A stretch of DNA of 64,000 nucleotides, taken from the NCBI GenBank assembly GCA_012295275.1, contig CM022678.1, positions 19,778,001 to 19,842,000 on the forward strand, in the 5' to 3' direction. The position numbers were made by a program, and so were the translations under genes. Shown piece after piece: positions 31,369 through 49,357 of this stretch. A model generated the notes under the pieces. It searched no databases. It was not told the origin of the DNA and saw only the letters and a program-made list of their open reading frames with translations. How positions within the stretch are numbered: position 1 is the stretch's first letter; each line of letters starts with the position of its first letter. The stretch comes from Chrysomallon squamiferum (Eukaryota; Animalia; Mollusca).

Positions 31369-33012
31369 CCATTGTTTATCTACCTGTGTATCTATGCTTG
31401 TATGTATCTGTCTACCTAGATCCATTGTTTATCTAACTGTGTATCTATGCTTGTATGTATCTGTCTACCTAGATCCATTGTTTATCTACCTGTGTATGCA
31501 TGTGTGTATCTTTGTCTATCTAGATCCATTGTTTATCTAACTGTGTATCTATGCATGTATGTATCTATCTAGATCCATTGTTTATCTACCTGTGTATCTA
31601 TGCTTGTATGTATCTGTCTACCTAGATCCATTGTTTATCTGTGTATCTATGCTTGTATGTATCTGTCTACCTAGATCCATTGTTTATCTGTGTATCTATG
31701 CTTGTATGTATCTGTCAACCTAGATCCATTGTTTATCTACCTGTGTATGCATGTGTGTATCTTTGTCTATTTAGATCCATTGTTTATCTACCTGTGTATC
31801 TATGCTTGTATGTATCTGTCTACCTAGATCCATTGTTTATCTATCTGTGTATCTATGCATGTATGTATCTTTTCTACCTAGATCCATTGTTTATCTAACT
31901 GTGTATCTATGCTTGTATGTATCTGTCTACCTAGATCCATTGTTTATCTAACTGTGTATCTATGCTTGTATGTATCTGTCTACCTAGATCCATTGTTTAT
32001 CTAACTGTGTATCTATGTATGTGTGTATCTTTGTCTATTTAGATCCATTGTTTATCTACCTGTGTATCTATGCTTGTATGTATCTGTCTACCTAGATCCA
32101 TTGTTTATCTAACTGTGTATCTATGCTTGTATGTATCTGTCTACCTAGATCCATTGTTTATCTACCTGTGTATGCATGTGTGTATCTTTGTCTATTTAGA
32201 TCCATTGTTTATCTACCTGTGTATCTATGCTTGTATGTATCTGTCTACCTAGATCCATTGTTTATCTAACTGTGTATCTATGCTTGTATGTATCTGTCTA
32301 CCTAGATCCATTGTTTATCTAACTGTGTATCTATGTATGTATGTATCTGTCTACCTAGATCCATTGTTTATCTAACTGTGTATCTATGCTTGTATGTATC
32401 TGTCTACCTAGATCCATTGTTTATCTAACTGTGTATCTATGCATGTATGTATCTTTGTCTACCTAGATCCATTGTTTATCTATCTGTGTATCTATGCATG
32501 TGTGTATCTTTGTCTATTTAGATCCATTGTTTATCTATCTGTGTATCTATGCTTGTATGTATCTCTGTCTACCTAGATCCATTGTTTATCTATCTGTGTA
32601 TCTATGTATGTATGTATCTCTTTCTACCTAGATCCATTGTTTATCTACCTGTGTATCTATGCATGTATGTATCTTTGTCTACCTAGATCCATTGTTTATC
32701 TATCTGTGTATCTATGCATGTGTGTATCTGTGTCTATTTAGATCCATTGTTTATCTACCTGTGTATCTATGCATGTATGTATCTTTGTCTATCTAGATCC
32801 ATTGTTTATCTACCTGTGTATCTATGCTTGTATGTATCTGTCTACCTAGATCCATTGTTTATCTACCTGTGTATCTATGCATGTATGTATCTTTGTCTAC
32901 CTAGATCCATTGTTTATCTATCTGTGTATCTATGCATGTGTTTATCTGTGTCTATTTAGATCCATTGTTTATCTACCTGTGTATCTATGCATGTATGTGC
33001 CTGTCTATCTAG
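31369..33012. repeat. Minisatellite with ~53-bp unit (variants 49-55 bp), about 30 copies (CTAGATCCATTGTTTATCTACCTGTGTATCTATGCTTGTATGTATCTGTCTAC)
   Basis: The invariant core TAGATCCATTGTTTATCT recurs every ~50 bp over 1.6 kb. Confidence 0.97.
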
Positions 33013-33215
33013 TTCGTGTGGTAATTTTTACAGTAGTCTGTTGATCATCAGCTTACACAGACAGACAGACAGACGTGAGGGAAGACAGAGGTGTATATCT
33101 AGTTCTCTCTAACTCGTTCGTACTCTATTAAATTAACATTAATTAGTACATATCTATACACAGGACTCTCTATACGTACTTTGTTATAATCATTTATAGA
33201 ATACAAGCGATAAAA

Positions 33216-33334
<119 letters not shown>

Positions 33335-33766
33335 CCTCCCTCCCCCCCCTCTCTCTCTCCACCTGTTCACTACAGCCAAACTGGTTATTTCTTTCTACTT
33401 ATTGATATAAAACTGGTGCACGTCATTAACGTTTATCTGTTGATATTTTGAGAGATGAGATTAATATTTCTGTTCCTGACGCTTTGGTGTTACAAACACA
33501 TAACCCCTGTCTATCGTAAGCACATAGAAACGCGTTTGTGGAAGTTTTTACGAAGCGTTAACATGCTCTCATCTTCAAAGATGTTTTCACAGATATCCGC
33601 AACAAAGACTGAAAATAAACAGCGAAGCTTAAACGCTCGCAAACTCAAAAATAAACGCTTGTAATGGAACTCCGAGATTATTCAAAACTGACTAATGTGC
33701 TGAGAAAAATAAACAAATTAAAAAAAAAAATAAAAAATAAAAAATAAATAAATTAAAAATAATAAT

Positions 33767-33805
<39 letters not shown>

Positions 33806-34393
33806 TAAAAAAAATGAAATGAACTAAAAATGAAATGTATCAATAATCTTTCTTCAGTGTTTTCTTCTTTTTTTTTTTTTCTCTATTTTTTTTTCTTTTT
33901 CTTTTTTTTTTTTTCTGTTCTTAATAACCATGTCTTTGGATAACTATGGTGCATATGTATACCGAGCGACTTTCAGAAACGAACGTCTATAAGATTTCTA
34001 TACTAATACACATATGTATTACAAATGTATAATAATACAATCTATTTCATGCGCATTAGATATGATAGTAATTACATAAAAATTTGTTTCTGTAATATAT
34101 ATTTGTTGTAGATATTTTGTGTATTTCATCTACTTTATGATAGTAATTATGTATGAGTCTATTACCATATATATATATATAGTAAATACTTGTCTATGTA
34201 TCATATTTATCAGATGAGCTGATTTTTATGTATAATTATAGAACTTTTTGTGTTTAGTTTTTATTTCATGTATAAAATTATAACATATGAATATATTTGA
34301 ATATTTTTTATATATGTTAGATAAAATAGTTATTATAAATATATATATTTTTCTGTATCTCAAATAAATGTAATATTACGTGAAATTATTAAA

Positions 34394-34452
<59 letters not shown>

Positions 34453-34848
34453 AGATAAATGAATAAAACTATTCCTATACACTACAGATGCTGAATATAA
34501 AATAACAGTAGATAAAATATAGTATTTAATAGTTCGTAGATTAATGTAACAGTGGATGTAAAATAATACATGTAATATAGGTAAATATTTTATTTGCATT
34601 ATATATATATAAATATATTTGAACATATATAGATGTATGAAATCATATAATATATATATAAATCTATAAAATTATTTGTTATACTGAATTAAGAAATATC
34701 AAATGATATAAATCTATTAAACTCTTTATATATATTTTGCTGATTAAAAAATAAGAAATGAAACACTGAAAATGTATAACTACAAAACTAGGTTTAAAAC
34801 AATTGATAAATATTGTTTGTATATATATATATATATTTAGGTATATAT

Positions 34849-34880
<32 letters not shown>

Positions 34881-35227
34881 GGGTGGGTAGGTAGTGTGTG
34901 TGTTATATATATATATATACAAACATACACAAACTGGGTGTATATATATATATATGTATGTACATCTGTGTATGTTTGTGTGTGTGTATATATATATATG
35001 TATATATATATTTGTGTATATGTGTGTGCATGTATATGTTTCTATGTATGAATATATGTAGGTAGATAGGTAGAGACATAGACAGGTGTACATATATAAG
35101 TATGTATAAATAAATAAATAAATAAATATATATATATATATATATACATATCTATATATATATATATATATATATCTGTATCTATATCTATATGTAGACA
35201 CATGTATGTTATTATGTAAGTATGTTA

Positions 35228-37200
<1,973 letters not shown>

Positions 37201-37393
37201 ATATTTTTCATAAGCTTCACTATCGCGGTAATTTTGGTTGTAATATTTTACAACTAGTGATAACGATGATGATGATGATGATGATATCAATAATATTGAC
37301 GATCATAATAATAATGTAAATGTATTTAATACTTCTTTTTTTGTTGTGTTGTGTGTTAATATATAAACATGAAAGAAATTTATATTAATCGGA

Positions 37394-37469
<76 letters not shown>

Positions 37470-38026
37470 TTCTGTATGTGTGGGTGTTCAGTAATATTTA
37501 TAGTAGTAATAATAGTAGTAGCAGCAGTGACGTGAATAGTAATTACTAGTATTAACAGTAGCTGTTCTTGTAGCAGAGTAGAAATAGAGGTCTTGCCGCT
37601 GTACTAACAACAGTGATAATATTTAGCAGTTCTTGAGATAATAGCAGGCGACAACAGCATCCAATTCAGTAGTGCAATATGGTGTTAATAGGAACAGTTG
37701 GGATCACGGTGGTAAAGGCTGCATTGTCGTAATGTCTTTCAAACTGATAAAGGCTGTTTTAAAACGTTTTGCGACTAAAGGAAGAAAAACACAACACAGT
37801 TAGAAAAGAGACAGACAGAGAAGCTGTATATATAAATCTAGCTGAAAGAATTCTTCATCTCTAACTCGAACACCAATAGTCTGTGTTCAGTAGACCGCGT
37901 ACTGGCATTAATTACGCTTCAGTAATAAAGCTAATTGAAATTAACACTCCGTAGAATACCAGTCGGTTCGTTGATGTATACAGAAATAACGCTGTAATAA
38001 AATATATATTTTACAGAAACATTCAT

Positions 38027-38058
<32 letters not shown>

Positions 38059-38062
38059 TCGT

Positions 38063-38097
<35 letters not shown>

Positions 38098-39276
38098 TTC
38101 GTTTATTTATTTGTTTGTTTGTTTGTTTGTTTGTTTAATTTTTATTTACTTATTTATTTATTTATTATTTATTCGTTTATCTATTTATGTATTTATTTTT
38201 TCAAGCTTATAAATGTACGTGCACATATACATATTTCTTTATGTTACACATATGAACATTAGATGCACACAAAAACAATAATTAAATACATATATACAGT
38301 GACACAGAGACATACAAATATAAAATCACATAGACATTATATATGCTAGTGTACTTTAAAATTTGTTAGGTGTTTCCAGTTTAATATATATTTATTAGTT
38401 TTACCCAAACACTGGTATATGTCATAATGCAATAAACTGCATATATTATCTTTCACCATCTGTGTGGTATATAAAATATACCTGTCAGTCTATAACGATT
38501 ATTAAACGGAAAAATATTCTGTGGTTAATACATGACCCATAAATTCTCGTTCTCTCTCACGAGACTTGTACATTTTCATCTTTAGAAAACTCTGCCAAAA
38601 ATTATTCTTCTGTTAAGAAAAATTAAAATTAAAATTAATTAATACTACTACTGCTGCTGCTGCTTTTGCTACTACTGCTACTACGTCTACTACAACTACT
38701 ATTAATAACAACAATGAAAGAAAGAAAGAAAGAAAGAAAGAATAATCAAATAAGAAAAATTCGTACATAACCCACTCTAGTTTATTTAACTACCAGCCTA
38801 TCGACCACGTGACATCCAGCCGAATGTTTAAGTGCGCCTGTCATGTTTTCAGTTATCCAGACGAATTTGTTCGAGATGTTCAGCTTTAATTGTGTTGTGG
38901 AATAAAACGCATGCACGCGAGATAACGGTGACGCGCGCAGTTGACAAATGGTGTTTATTTCGCCGATAACCGGTACTTTTCTTGTCGAAGTTTGTGCGCG
39001 GGGTCACGTGACCGCGAAGTGAGACGTTGCAGCTGCAGCGCGTTAGAGACAACGTCTAATTTGAACGAGAATTAGCGAGACTGTAAACACCGCTACAGAT
39101 GTGAGCCAAAGATATCTCAACTAGACCGTTTCATTTCTTTTTTCTTTTTTCTTCTTTCTTTCTTTCATCTTTCTTTTTTTTTTTTTTTTTTTTTTCATAA
39201 AATGTTTGTAAAAAAAAACGTTTCTTTTAGCAAGATTAATTATTATTATAGTATTTAATACTGACCGTTTAACGAA

Positions 39277-39381
<105 letters not shown>

Positions 39382-39416
39382 GACCAGAGAGAGGTACAGA
39401 GGTGACAAAAAAACAA

Positions 39417-39507
<91 letters not shown>

Positions 39508-39844
39508 AGAGAAAGATCAGCTTAGTCAATACAAAATTTTCTCAATAATTTTTGCTTGTTTACTTTCGTTGGTAAATCAATGGAAAACTTGACGCGTCTA
39601 TCCATTTAGTTCTGTTATGAAATACTAAGAAAAATAAATTTCCAGCGTACGTTACATTAATCTTTTAATAATTTTCCTATCGTTGCCTGGACGCAGTTAT
39701 TTACTTTACCACACTTGTAATTAATAGGTAACGCACCATTATTTGTTTATCTAATTCTGAGTGAAAATATCTGTATGTAAATAAGCTCTGCTGTGCTTAA
39801 AGCATATGTAATGTAGTATTTAATAATGGCTGTGTAACGAATGT

Positions 39845-39961
<117 letters not shown>

Positions 39962-40051
39962 AAAGTTTACAAAAATATGCAATATTAGAAATGATATGAT
40001 GTTTGTATACAAATTTTCTTATATATTAATTTAATAATAATAAAATAATAA

Positions 40052-40110
<59 letters not shown>

Positions 40111-40926
40111 TGATGTATGTCCGGTCACAGGGACACTTCTACTTAGTAATCTGACTCCAATATTTCCCGTTATGACCAATATCTCGTATATTACTTCCCA
40201 TGAAATGAAAAACTGAATAATACAAAATGGAATGAGGTTAATGGGAACGAGAAGGCTTGAAATGGCTACAGCTGGTTTGATAATTAAACAAAAACCTTAC
40301 ATATTACACTTAGTAACCATTAATAATAAAACTAGTGCTGTCAAATTTTAATTCAGTCCTTTGATCTACGGCAACACGTATAAAAATAAATATAGTACCA
40401 TATATATATATGCTATGATTTCAGTAATCTATTTTAGGTAAGTGAGTGAAACTGTTGCTATACATTAGAGATGTGGTATCTAAAATAGCATAATATAGAA
40501 TATAAGATTTATGTTAGATTCGATATAAATAGTTATTTTTATAAACAGCGGACTAACTAAATATGCACGCTTGTCAAAATATGTTTTTTTTTTTTTTTTT
40601 TCCTTTTTTGTGTGTTGTTGTTGTTATTATTATTGTTGTTTTGTTTGTTTGTAGACCAATTTGTTTAAGTTTCTGTCATCAGCTATTAGATGTCAGTTAA
40701 ACGTATTTGTGAAGATTCTCACATAAAAGAAGAGATATTTTATAATTTTTCATCATAGACCCAACACGAAACACCACAATATGAAAAATAAAAACATATT
40801 AACAGAAAACAGTGATTTAGTTAATAGTCCATTATCTAGATCCATTAATAATAATAATAATTTTATATGTATGTATGTATATATATATATATATATATTA
40901 TTTTATTTCTGGATAACACATATACA

Positions 40927-40981
<55 letters not shown>

Positions 40982-41883
40982 TTATGTATTATTTCGAAAC
41001 ATATACACTGCATGACGTGTTTTCTAACATTTTCTAACATGTGACGTCACATTAGCTCTGACGGCATTTCAGCTGTGACGTTGATCTACGCGTGACGTAG
41101 CTTTCTACCTTCACGTTGCCACGCCACTTCGGTAGCAAACACGTAATTAAATATGGCGATCAGGTTAATTGCTTTGTTGTCCGACGAAAGTATTCCAAAT
41201 GCAACCACATTGCAGCCCGACACAGTGGATGAATTACTATCCAATAGCGCGTGCTTGTGTGGTAACCATGACAACCGGAGCTGATTAACCTTTCGAGCGT
41301 ATTCGAGCAAAATAAAAGGCGAAAAAGACATAAAAATACATTTTGCCTAGCAGTCCGTCCGCAGTTAAATGTCCGTCCTGTTCGTGTTGTCCGCATGGTT
41401 TTTACTTACCAGTGAAACGTGAACCTAACTGATAAACTCTCTCAGTGGTTGCAGGAACCTGTTCTGGTGGTAATTATGAGCATGCTGAGTTTTGATTGAA
41501 TATAATGTGCAGTTCCCTCGTTAAGAGATAGCCGTAATTAATTAATTAACTAATTAAAGGATTAATAAATTATAATTAATAGTTAACACAAGCAGCAATA
41601 TTAATGATGATTATGGTGATGATAAGTTTATTATGATCATGACGTTAATAATAACAATAATATTAATATTAATAATAAGATGATGATGATAATGATGTAA
41701 ATAAATTATCAAAAATACAATATACCAGAGTTTGTTTTGTCTGTCTGTCTGTCTATCACAGTGTTTATGTAATTAAGGAGTGGTACTATTACCTATTTAG
41801 AAATATTTACTTTTAATTATTTATTTATTTTTTTTATATTATTATTTATGATTTTGTTATTGTTACCATTAACATTATCGTCA

Positions 41884-41947
<64 letters not shown>

Positions 41948-41988
41948 GTTGCTATTTTGGGAGGGGTTTTGTTGTTGTTTGTTTTGGG

Positions 41989-42074
<86 letters not shown>

Positions 42075-43125
42075 AAAAATATATATATTTCCTCGAGATA
42101 CCCCTAATTCTAATCCATGTGGGTTAGCATGGAAACAATCGCTCTGCGCATGCTCTGCGACCGACGGAAGGAAGTAATTGTTCAGTGGGTTTATGTTAAA
42201 GTAATTGTAATTAAAGAGAAAAATTCTACAAACCAGAGACACCACACTGATTACAGCGTCACGTGACGCTTTTATTGCCAGTACCAGTCAAGTTGAGAAA
42301 CTTCGCCTCGCAAGAAAAAATAGTCCCAGTAAAATAAAAAAAAAAAAAAAAAAATTAAGACGTGCAAAAACGTATAAAGAAAAATCTGCGTACGTCTGCA
42401 CTAGGAACTATTTTAAAATGCAGTGGTACAGCAAGAATATCGACTATATAAACTGTAGCAATTTCAACTACAACTACTGCAGCAACTGTTACGGCATCTA
42501 CTACTAGTAACCACTACTAATCTACTACTACTATTACTACTATTAATACTATCACTACTATTACTGCTACTGCTGCTATCATTATTACTACGCCTACGAC
42601 TGCTTCTACCATTATTACTACTACTTCTACAACTAACATATAGACAGACAGGGAGGTAGTTGGGTAGAAAGACAGATTATGTAAACAGATACAGACTGAC
42701 AGAGAGACAGACAGAGAGACAGACAGAGAGACAGACAAATACATGATATGAATAGTCTCAGAACAAGTCATATAATATTTCCTTGATAGATTACAGAAAA
42801 AAAAAAGTTTTTATTTCGTTATTTATTTATTTATTTATTTTTTTATTTATTCATTCATTCATTCATTTATTCATTTCACTAGTATGAGTTCAGGCATACC
42901 TATTTCAAACTCAGATATAAATAATATGATTTTAATCCCAACTCAGCCGGAATAACTGTGGTGTGAGACCCTGTCCAGTCACACGAAGCTACACAAATTC
43001 TTTACTGTTATTTCAAAGGTTTCCATAGAAACAAAACCAGATTATATCCTCTTACGACCGACATTTGTGAACTATGTGTATTTTTTTTCTCTCTCTCTTA
43101 AACACAACGATTCCATTTAAAACGA

Positions 43126-43207
<82 letters not shown>

Positions 43208-43762
43208 GTACAAAAGAACGTTTTATATACATTTGTGTGTTAGTTATGTACTCTCTGTATTGGCAATTGTTTGAGAAACACAAAAGAAAGCAGATGTTTG
43301 TTCATTATTCTTTTGTTTACTATTTTTCTACTGCTCAAAAACATGCTCTGTTGAATCATACAGATTTTAATATCAGATACGGTTGTATGCGTGCTTCCTA
43401 AACTATATGAGTCCCCAGTTTAATATGCAATTATTAGGAAGTGTTGCTATGGATACCTGTATGAAGTGAAGATGATATCAAGCGTCGATATCCTGTTTTC
43501 GTCTGTATCTTGTTTTCGATCATTATATTCACTGTTGTAAACTTTGTGTGTGTACTATTTTTTAATATCTCGCATGTACGTAAAATTACAATAAAATATT
43601 TAATACCATGATACGTTTATGTAATGTTGCATGAAATGTACTATGCGTTATGATAAAATTATTTTAAAAAAAAAGAAGAAGAAGAAGAAGAAAAAATAGA
43701 ATGAACAGCTGGTACAGTTAATAAAATGATCAAGCACGCATGTTAAATAAGCAATAAGTATA

Positions 43763-43793
<31 letters not shown>

Positions 43794-43993
43794 GTAGTAA
43801 TAATAATAGTAGTAATAATAATAGTAGTAATAATAGTAATAGTAATAATAATAATAATAAATAAATAATGAAAACGACAACTACAACAGCAGCAGCAATA
43901 GCAACTACAACTACAACAATAACAACAACAATAACAATAAATATAATAACAATAAAAAAAAAATAATAATAATAATAATAATAAAAATAATAA

Positions 43994-44025
<32 letters not shown>

Positions 44026-44976
44026 TGATAATACTAATAACAGCAATAACAATAAGTATTGCTGATACGCTAGAAATAAAATATTCATTAACCATTCTGT
44101 GAATTATTCAGAAGGAATAATTACGAGATGCAGTTAAATGAAGTAAACTGTTATTTCTGTTCTGTGTAAAGTGGCAGCCCTATTGTTGTTCGAAGTCCTC
44201 AGTAATTAATTTGACAGTTGCCAGCTAAATGTACTGGAGCAAATGTGGTACAGAGAGAGAGAGAATAGTTTAACCTACAAACCAAGCTAAATAAATTATT
44301 TTAGATTACAACACATCGCCTCTTTTTTATCCGATTGTATTTCATCCAGTTTCTAGGTTATTAGTTTTTATTTTTTTATTTTATGCATCGTTAATTTAAC
44401 TATTTGAAAACGTTTTTTTAAGAAGTCTTTATAACACTTTTTAATTAAAAAACAAAAACAACAAAAATACAGTTATCGGAAGATTAAATCTAAATTTGAC
44501 AATTGTTTCTTTGTAGTCGTAAATGAGGTCTATAGAACGAATTAATTTTACTGGTTAATTTCTAAAAGAAAAATATTGAAATGTAATTAATTTTCGAATT
44601 TGTGTAAATTTGGTAAATCGCTTTTCAGTTAATAAAAGTATTTTACGAATAAATTTCTATCCTTTTCATTAAAACGTTACAGAATGTTTTAGCAGTATGT
44701 TAACTTTTTAATGTTTTAATAATAATAGAATCAACAACAACAACAACAACAACAATAATAATAATAACAGCAATAAAAAAAAAAGAAGAAGAAAAAGAAC
44801 AACAGAAAAAACAATAGCAAACACTAATAATAAGAAGACGAAAAAGAACAACAACAATAATAAAAGGGACAACAACAATAACAATAATAATAATAACAGT
44901 AACAATAATAATAATAATAATAATGATAATAATGATAATAATAATAACAGTAATCATAATAATAATATAAGTAATC

Positions 44977-45010
<34 letters not shown>

Positions 45011-45753
45011 TGATGATGATGATGATGACAAATAATACTAATATCAGTGATGATGATAATGATGATGTTTGTGATGATAAAGAAGATTAAACCGATGACT
45101 GTGTTTGTGTTATTTATTTATTTAAATTATTTCACCTTGTTTGGCCTTAATACAATTTTTTTATATATAACATTAATCTGACATTTTCGAGGTTCTTCAC
45201 GAGCTATTTAAATGTGAAATTTTTATTAAATAATAATTTAAAAAAAAAAATGGCAAATAGAAAAAAAATCCGAAAAATGAGAAAAGATTTTGTCATTAAA
45301 AACAAACAAAACGTGGGGAAAATAATGTTAATCTGACATTTAATCAACTACATTATTTCTTTACATACGGCTACGGCATTCACTGGAAACTGAATGGGGA
45401 AAAAAAGGAATCGAGAAAGAAGCTAAATGGATGTTTGAGAGAGAAAGATAAAGGATGGAGAAAAGACCACATAAATTTCGATAGATACAGCGAGAAAAAT
45501 GGATTCGGAAAACATACATTCACACAGTTTTATTCTTGAATGGATTTTCAGTATCAATCAATAGATAGAAAGATAGAGAGTCGCTGAGACAGAAAACAGA
45601 AGAATTAAAAAAGAGAAAAATAGAGAAAGTAACAGAGACAGATGGAGAGAGAGAGAGAGATACAAAGAGAGACAGATATATTTATATATTATATATACAT
45701 ATATATATATATATACATATTTACACATATATACACACACACATAGACAGGCT

Positions 45754-45846
<93 letters not shown>

Positions 45847-46820
45847 TTCTCTCATGTAAAACCATGACCTATGAGTTAACCGACATATTTAAAACCAGCC
45901 TGAAATCAGTCATGAAATTATGACGCAATGCTGAACAATAAACCGTGACGAAATACTGGTCAATGTAAATTACAAACAACGGATAACTTCGGCTGAAATT
46001 GCTTTCAAATATTCCGAACAACAGGATATTTCTTAACGATGAAATATAAAAAAAATGTATGTTTGAGGAACTGTAACGGTTACTTCAGACTATTGAGTAT
46101 CGAACTGTACATTAATTTTACCGGGTTCAGCAAGTTACATTTAAGGTTTTAAACTGTTTTATCGGAAAGATTTAAACGTCTGCGTTCAAGGAATACAAAA
46201 TGCTACTTAAGATCAATTTAAAATATTGCGTAAGCAGAAACGCTTTGAGAAATACGGAATAACCTGGATCTGTGTTTGTTTGTAATTAAGTTTTGACAAG
46301 AGCTCATTGTCTGCGGGATTCCAGATCGCTGCAATACTTTTTTTTTTTTTTTTTTTTTTCTTACGACCTGTAACTTTGGCGTAACGTAATCTATTGTTCC
46401 GTAGCCATAGAAACAGAAAGACGGCATACATTTGTTAATGACGTCATCCGTTGTTGCTTACAAATACGCAGAAATGTAAAACTAATTTGTCTCTGGAACA
46501 AAAGATGAGGTTTGAGTCATTTCCGGGTCAATTTCGACAGTCGAGACTTGGATATAAGTTTCGGTCGAAGAATCTGCTCTGACGTCAGACCGGCAATAAA
46601 GAGCGCGTTTGTTTCGTGCACTGCAGTAATTCTGGCTGTAACTTTGACGGGATATGAGGTGTTACACATCAAAGAATGTCTTATCTCGAAGCAGTGTCAA
46701 GGTCATTCGGTGCGTGCATGGTTCTGTCTGTTATTTTCTGTATAACGATTCTTTGTTAGTTTTGTTTTAATAGTGTTACTTGTGTATGTGAAAGTACAAC
46801 AAACACACACAGGCACACAA

Positions 46821-46898
<78 letters not shown>

Positions 46899-47269
46899 AT
46901 AGACTGAAAGGAAATGTGTTCGAGTTGTAGTTCATTTTTTTTTTTTTTTTTTTTTTGTGAGACTTGGCAAGTGTTTTCATATGATTACGTCTGTAAGCCA
47001 AACTAACAGACTGACAGACAGAAACACAGAGAAAGAGAGAAAGACAGAGACAAAAATCAGAGATAAACTAAAAAAGGAATATTATAAAGGTATAGACAGA
47101 TAACAGAACGACGAAGTGAGACTGATAGGAGAAAAGAATAAGGACTGAAAAGATATACAGACAGATTGACAGCAAACAAAAAAGTGACATACAGATCTAT
47201 AGATAGATAGATAAACAGATTATATAGACAGACAGACAGACAGATAGATAGATAGATAGCTAGATAGAG

Positions 47270-47328
<59 letters not shown>

Positions 47329-47891
47329 CAGATATATAGATAGATAGACAAATAGACAGACAGACAGATATATAGATAGATAGACAGATAGATAAACAGA
47401 CAGTGTGTTGAAATATATAGATACAACGTCTCATTAGATAGACAGTTAGAAGAAGATAGACAGATAAAAATAGATAGAGAATAAAACATAGACAGACAGT
47501 TACACAGATAGACAGATAAATTGACAGATTACACTTTAGACAGACAGTTACACAGATAGACAGATAAATAGATAGTCTTTACAGATTACTGTTTGTGAAC
47601 GTTTAACTATAAATTTACGATTTGTTTACCACAACATCTCTATTTTATTGCTGTTTCTATCTTTAAGAAGAATGTTACTTTGAAGTATTTTAAAAGTCAT
47701 TACGTTCACGTTTCTGAATAAAATGCTTTGCTGCCGTACATCTCTTTACAGATTGCTGTTTATCAGATAAATGTAATGTAGTTCGGTTCAGTTATTCTGA
47801 TGGATATTAAACATTTATCATCTCAATGCGAGAATAGCTTCCTTTTTATTTTTTATTTCTTCTACATTTTCTTCTTCTTCTTCTTCTTCTT

Positions 47892-47922
<31 letters not shown>

Positions 47923-48396
47923 TTATTATTATTATTATTATATATTAATTTTCTTTTTTTCGCTTCACGCACCATGACGACGTTTACGAGGACGTCAGAA
48001 TGTCAAGCGCAGCCAAATGTGGTTTGCGAGTTTCGCAAAGTAAATGGGAAGCATAGATCATGCAAGGTCCACTGCCATCGGCGCTGTATAGGAAAACAAG
48101 ACGCTGTTGTATCTTCCTGCCCTGCTGTAATTACAGTTCTCGAGGGCAACGACGTCACAGTGTTGATGTTGGCAAATAACGTCCCCGGCTCCAACACGGC
48201 AGTAATTACACTGTTACATGCTAGTAACCCGGATGTTGCGGTCTGTCGTTATCGGACTAGCATGGTTCGTAAATCACGGGTTATTTTTTGTCGTAAGCTT
48301 TGCGAAATATTTGTACACTTTCGTGCATGGTCAGAGTATTTTGTCGTAGTATGTAATTTTTTCAGCATGTATTTCACACACAAATACATCATATAC

Positions 48397-48479
<83 letters not shown>

Positions 48480-48539
48480 TAGTAACAAACTGGTAATAAT
48501 ATAATATTTATAATAAGCGATCAATAAAAATACCAATTA

Positions 48540-48990
48540 TTATTTTAGTCCATAGTCTACGTTATAGTATCGTAGTCCATCGTTTATAATATATTTATTA
48601 TAGTCCACAATGTATTTATAATAGAAACTAAAATATATTTATGTCATAGTTCATCGAGTTCGGTATATTATTATAATCCATAGGGTCTGATATATTTACC
48701 GTAGTCAGTCGTGTATGATTTAGTTACCGTAGTCCCTAGTGTACGGTATATTATCACAATTTATATCGTAATGTATTTATCAAAGCACGTAATGTATTTA
48801 TCATACTTCAAAGATATTTATCCTTTTTTCATGCAGATTATTTTATCATAATTTATAACGTACAATACATTGATCGTATTCCATCAGTGAACAATATGTT
48901 TATCACAATATTATATTAATCATTATATATTGTATTGTAGTTCTTTGTTATCTTCAGTACAGTTACCTATCATAGACCACTGTGTTCTAT
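48540..48990. repeat. Highly degenerate ~30-bp tandem array (TATTTATCATAGTCCAT...)
   Basis: ATATTTAT..TAGTCCA-like words recur. Confidence 0.55.
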
Positions 48991-49021
48991 ATATTTTGTA
49001 TTCAATATTTTGCTTAGTAAT

Positions 49022-49055
<34 letters not shown>

Positions 49056-49251
49056 TCGTTATATAGTAGAAGAATATAAGCTAAAATATTCTTCAGCCAA
49101 TTTTTGTTCGCCGTAATCATTTTCCATCTGTTACCGACAAGAACCTGATCTCGGTACTCGAACGACGTTGTCAGCCTGGGGGCATCATCACGAGAAGAAG
49201 CAATCGAGAGGTTGCTATTATACATCGTCATTTTACTGCACTTCACAGGCA

Positions 49252-49265
49252 GCGCCCCCTGGCGG
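49252..49265 (-). promoter_or_regulatory. Canonical CTCF core motif
   Basis: Plus strand GCGCCCCCTGGCGG, minus strand CCGCCAGGGGGCGC, matches the CCRSYAGRKGGCRS consensus. It is an isolated GC-rich word in an AT-rich intergenic region. Confidence 0.65.
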
Positions 49266-49318
49266 GCTGGGATGAACATTAAAAAATAAAAGAAAGAGTA
49301 TTCGTTTTTACAAGCAAC

Positions 49319-49357
<39 letters not shown>

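Noticed and set aside
46218-46427. Minus-strand ORF containing FYGYGT, resembling a K+ channel GYG filter
   Set aside because: It lies upstream of exon 1, has no pore helix (TTIG/TVG) or TM context, and runs into poly-A. The GYG codons coincide with an X-box.
47800-48504. 234-aa ORF with CKVHCHRRC, reminiscent of a C1 domain
   Set aside because: The other C1 ligands are not correctly spaced, both ends are microsatellite, and no splice partners were found. It is better explained as a non-coding island.
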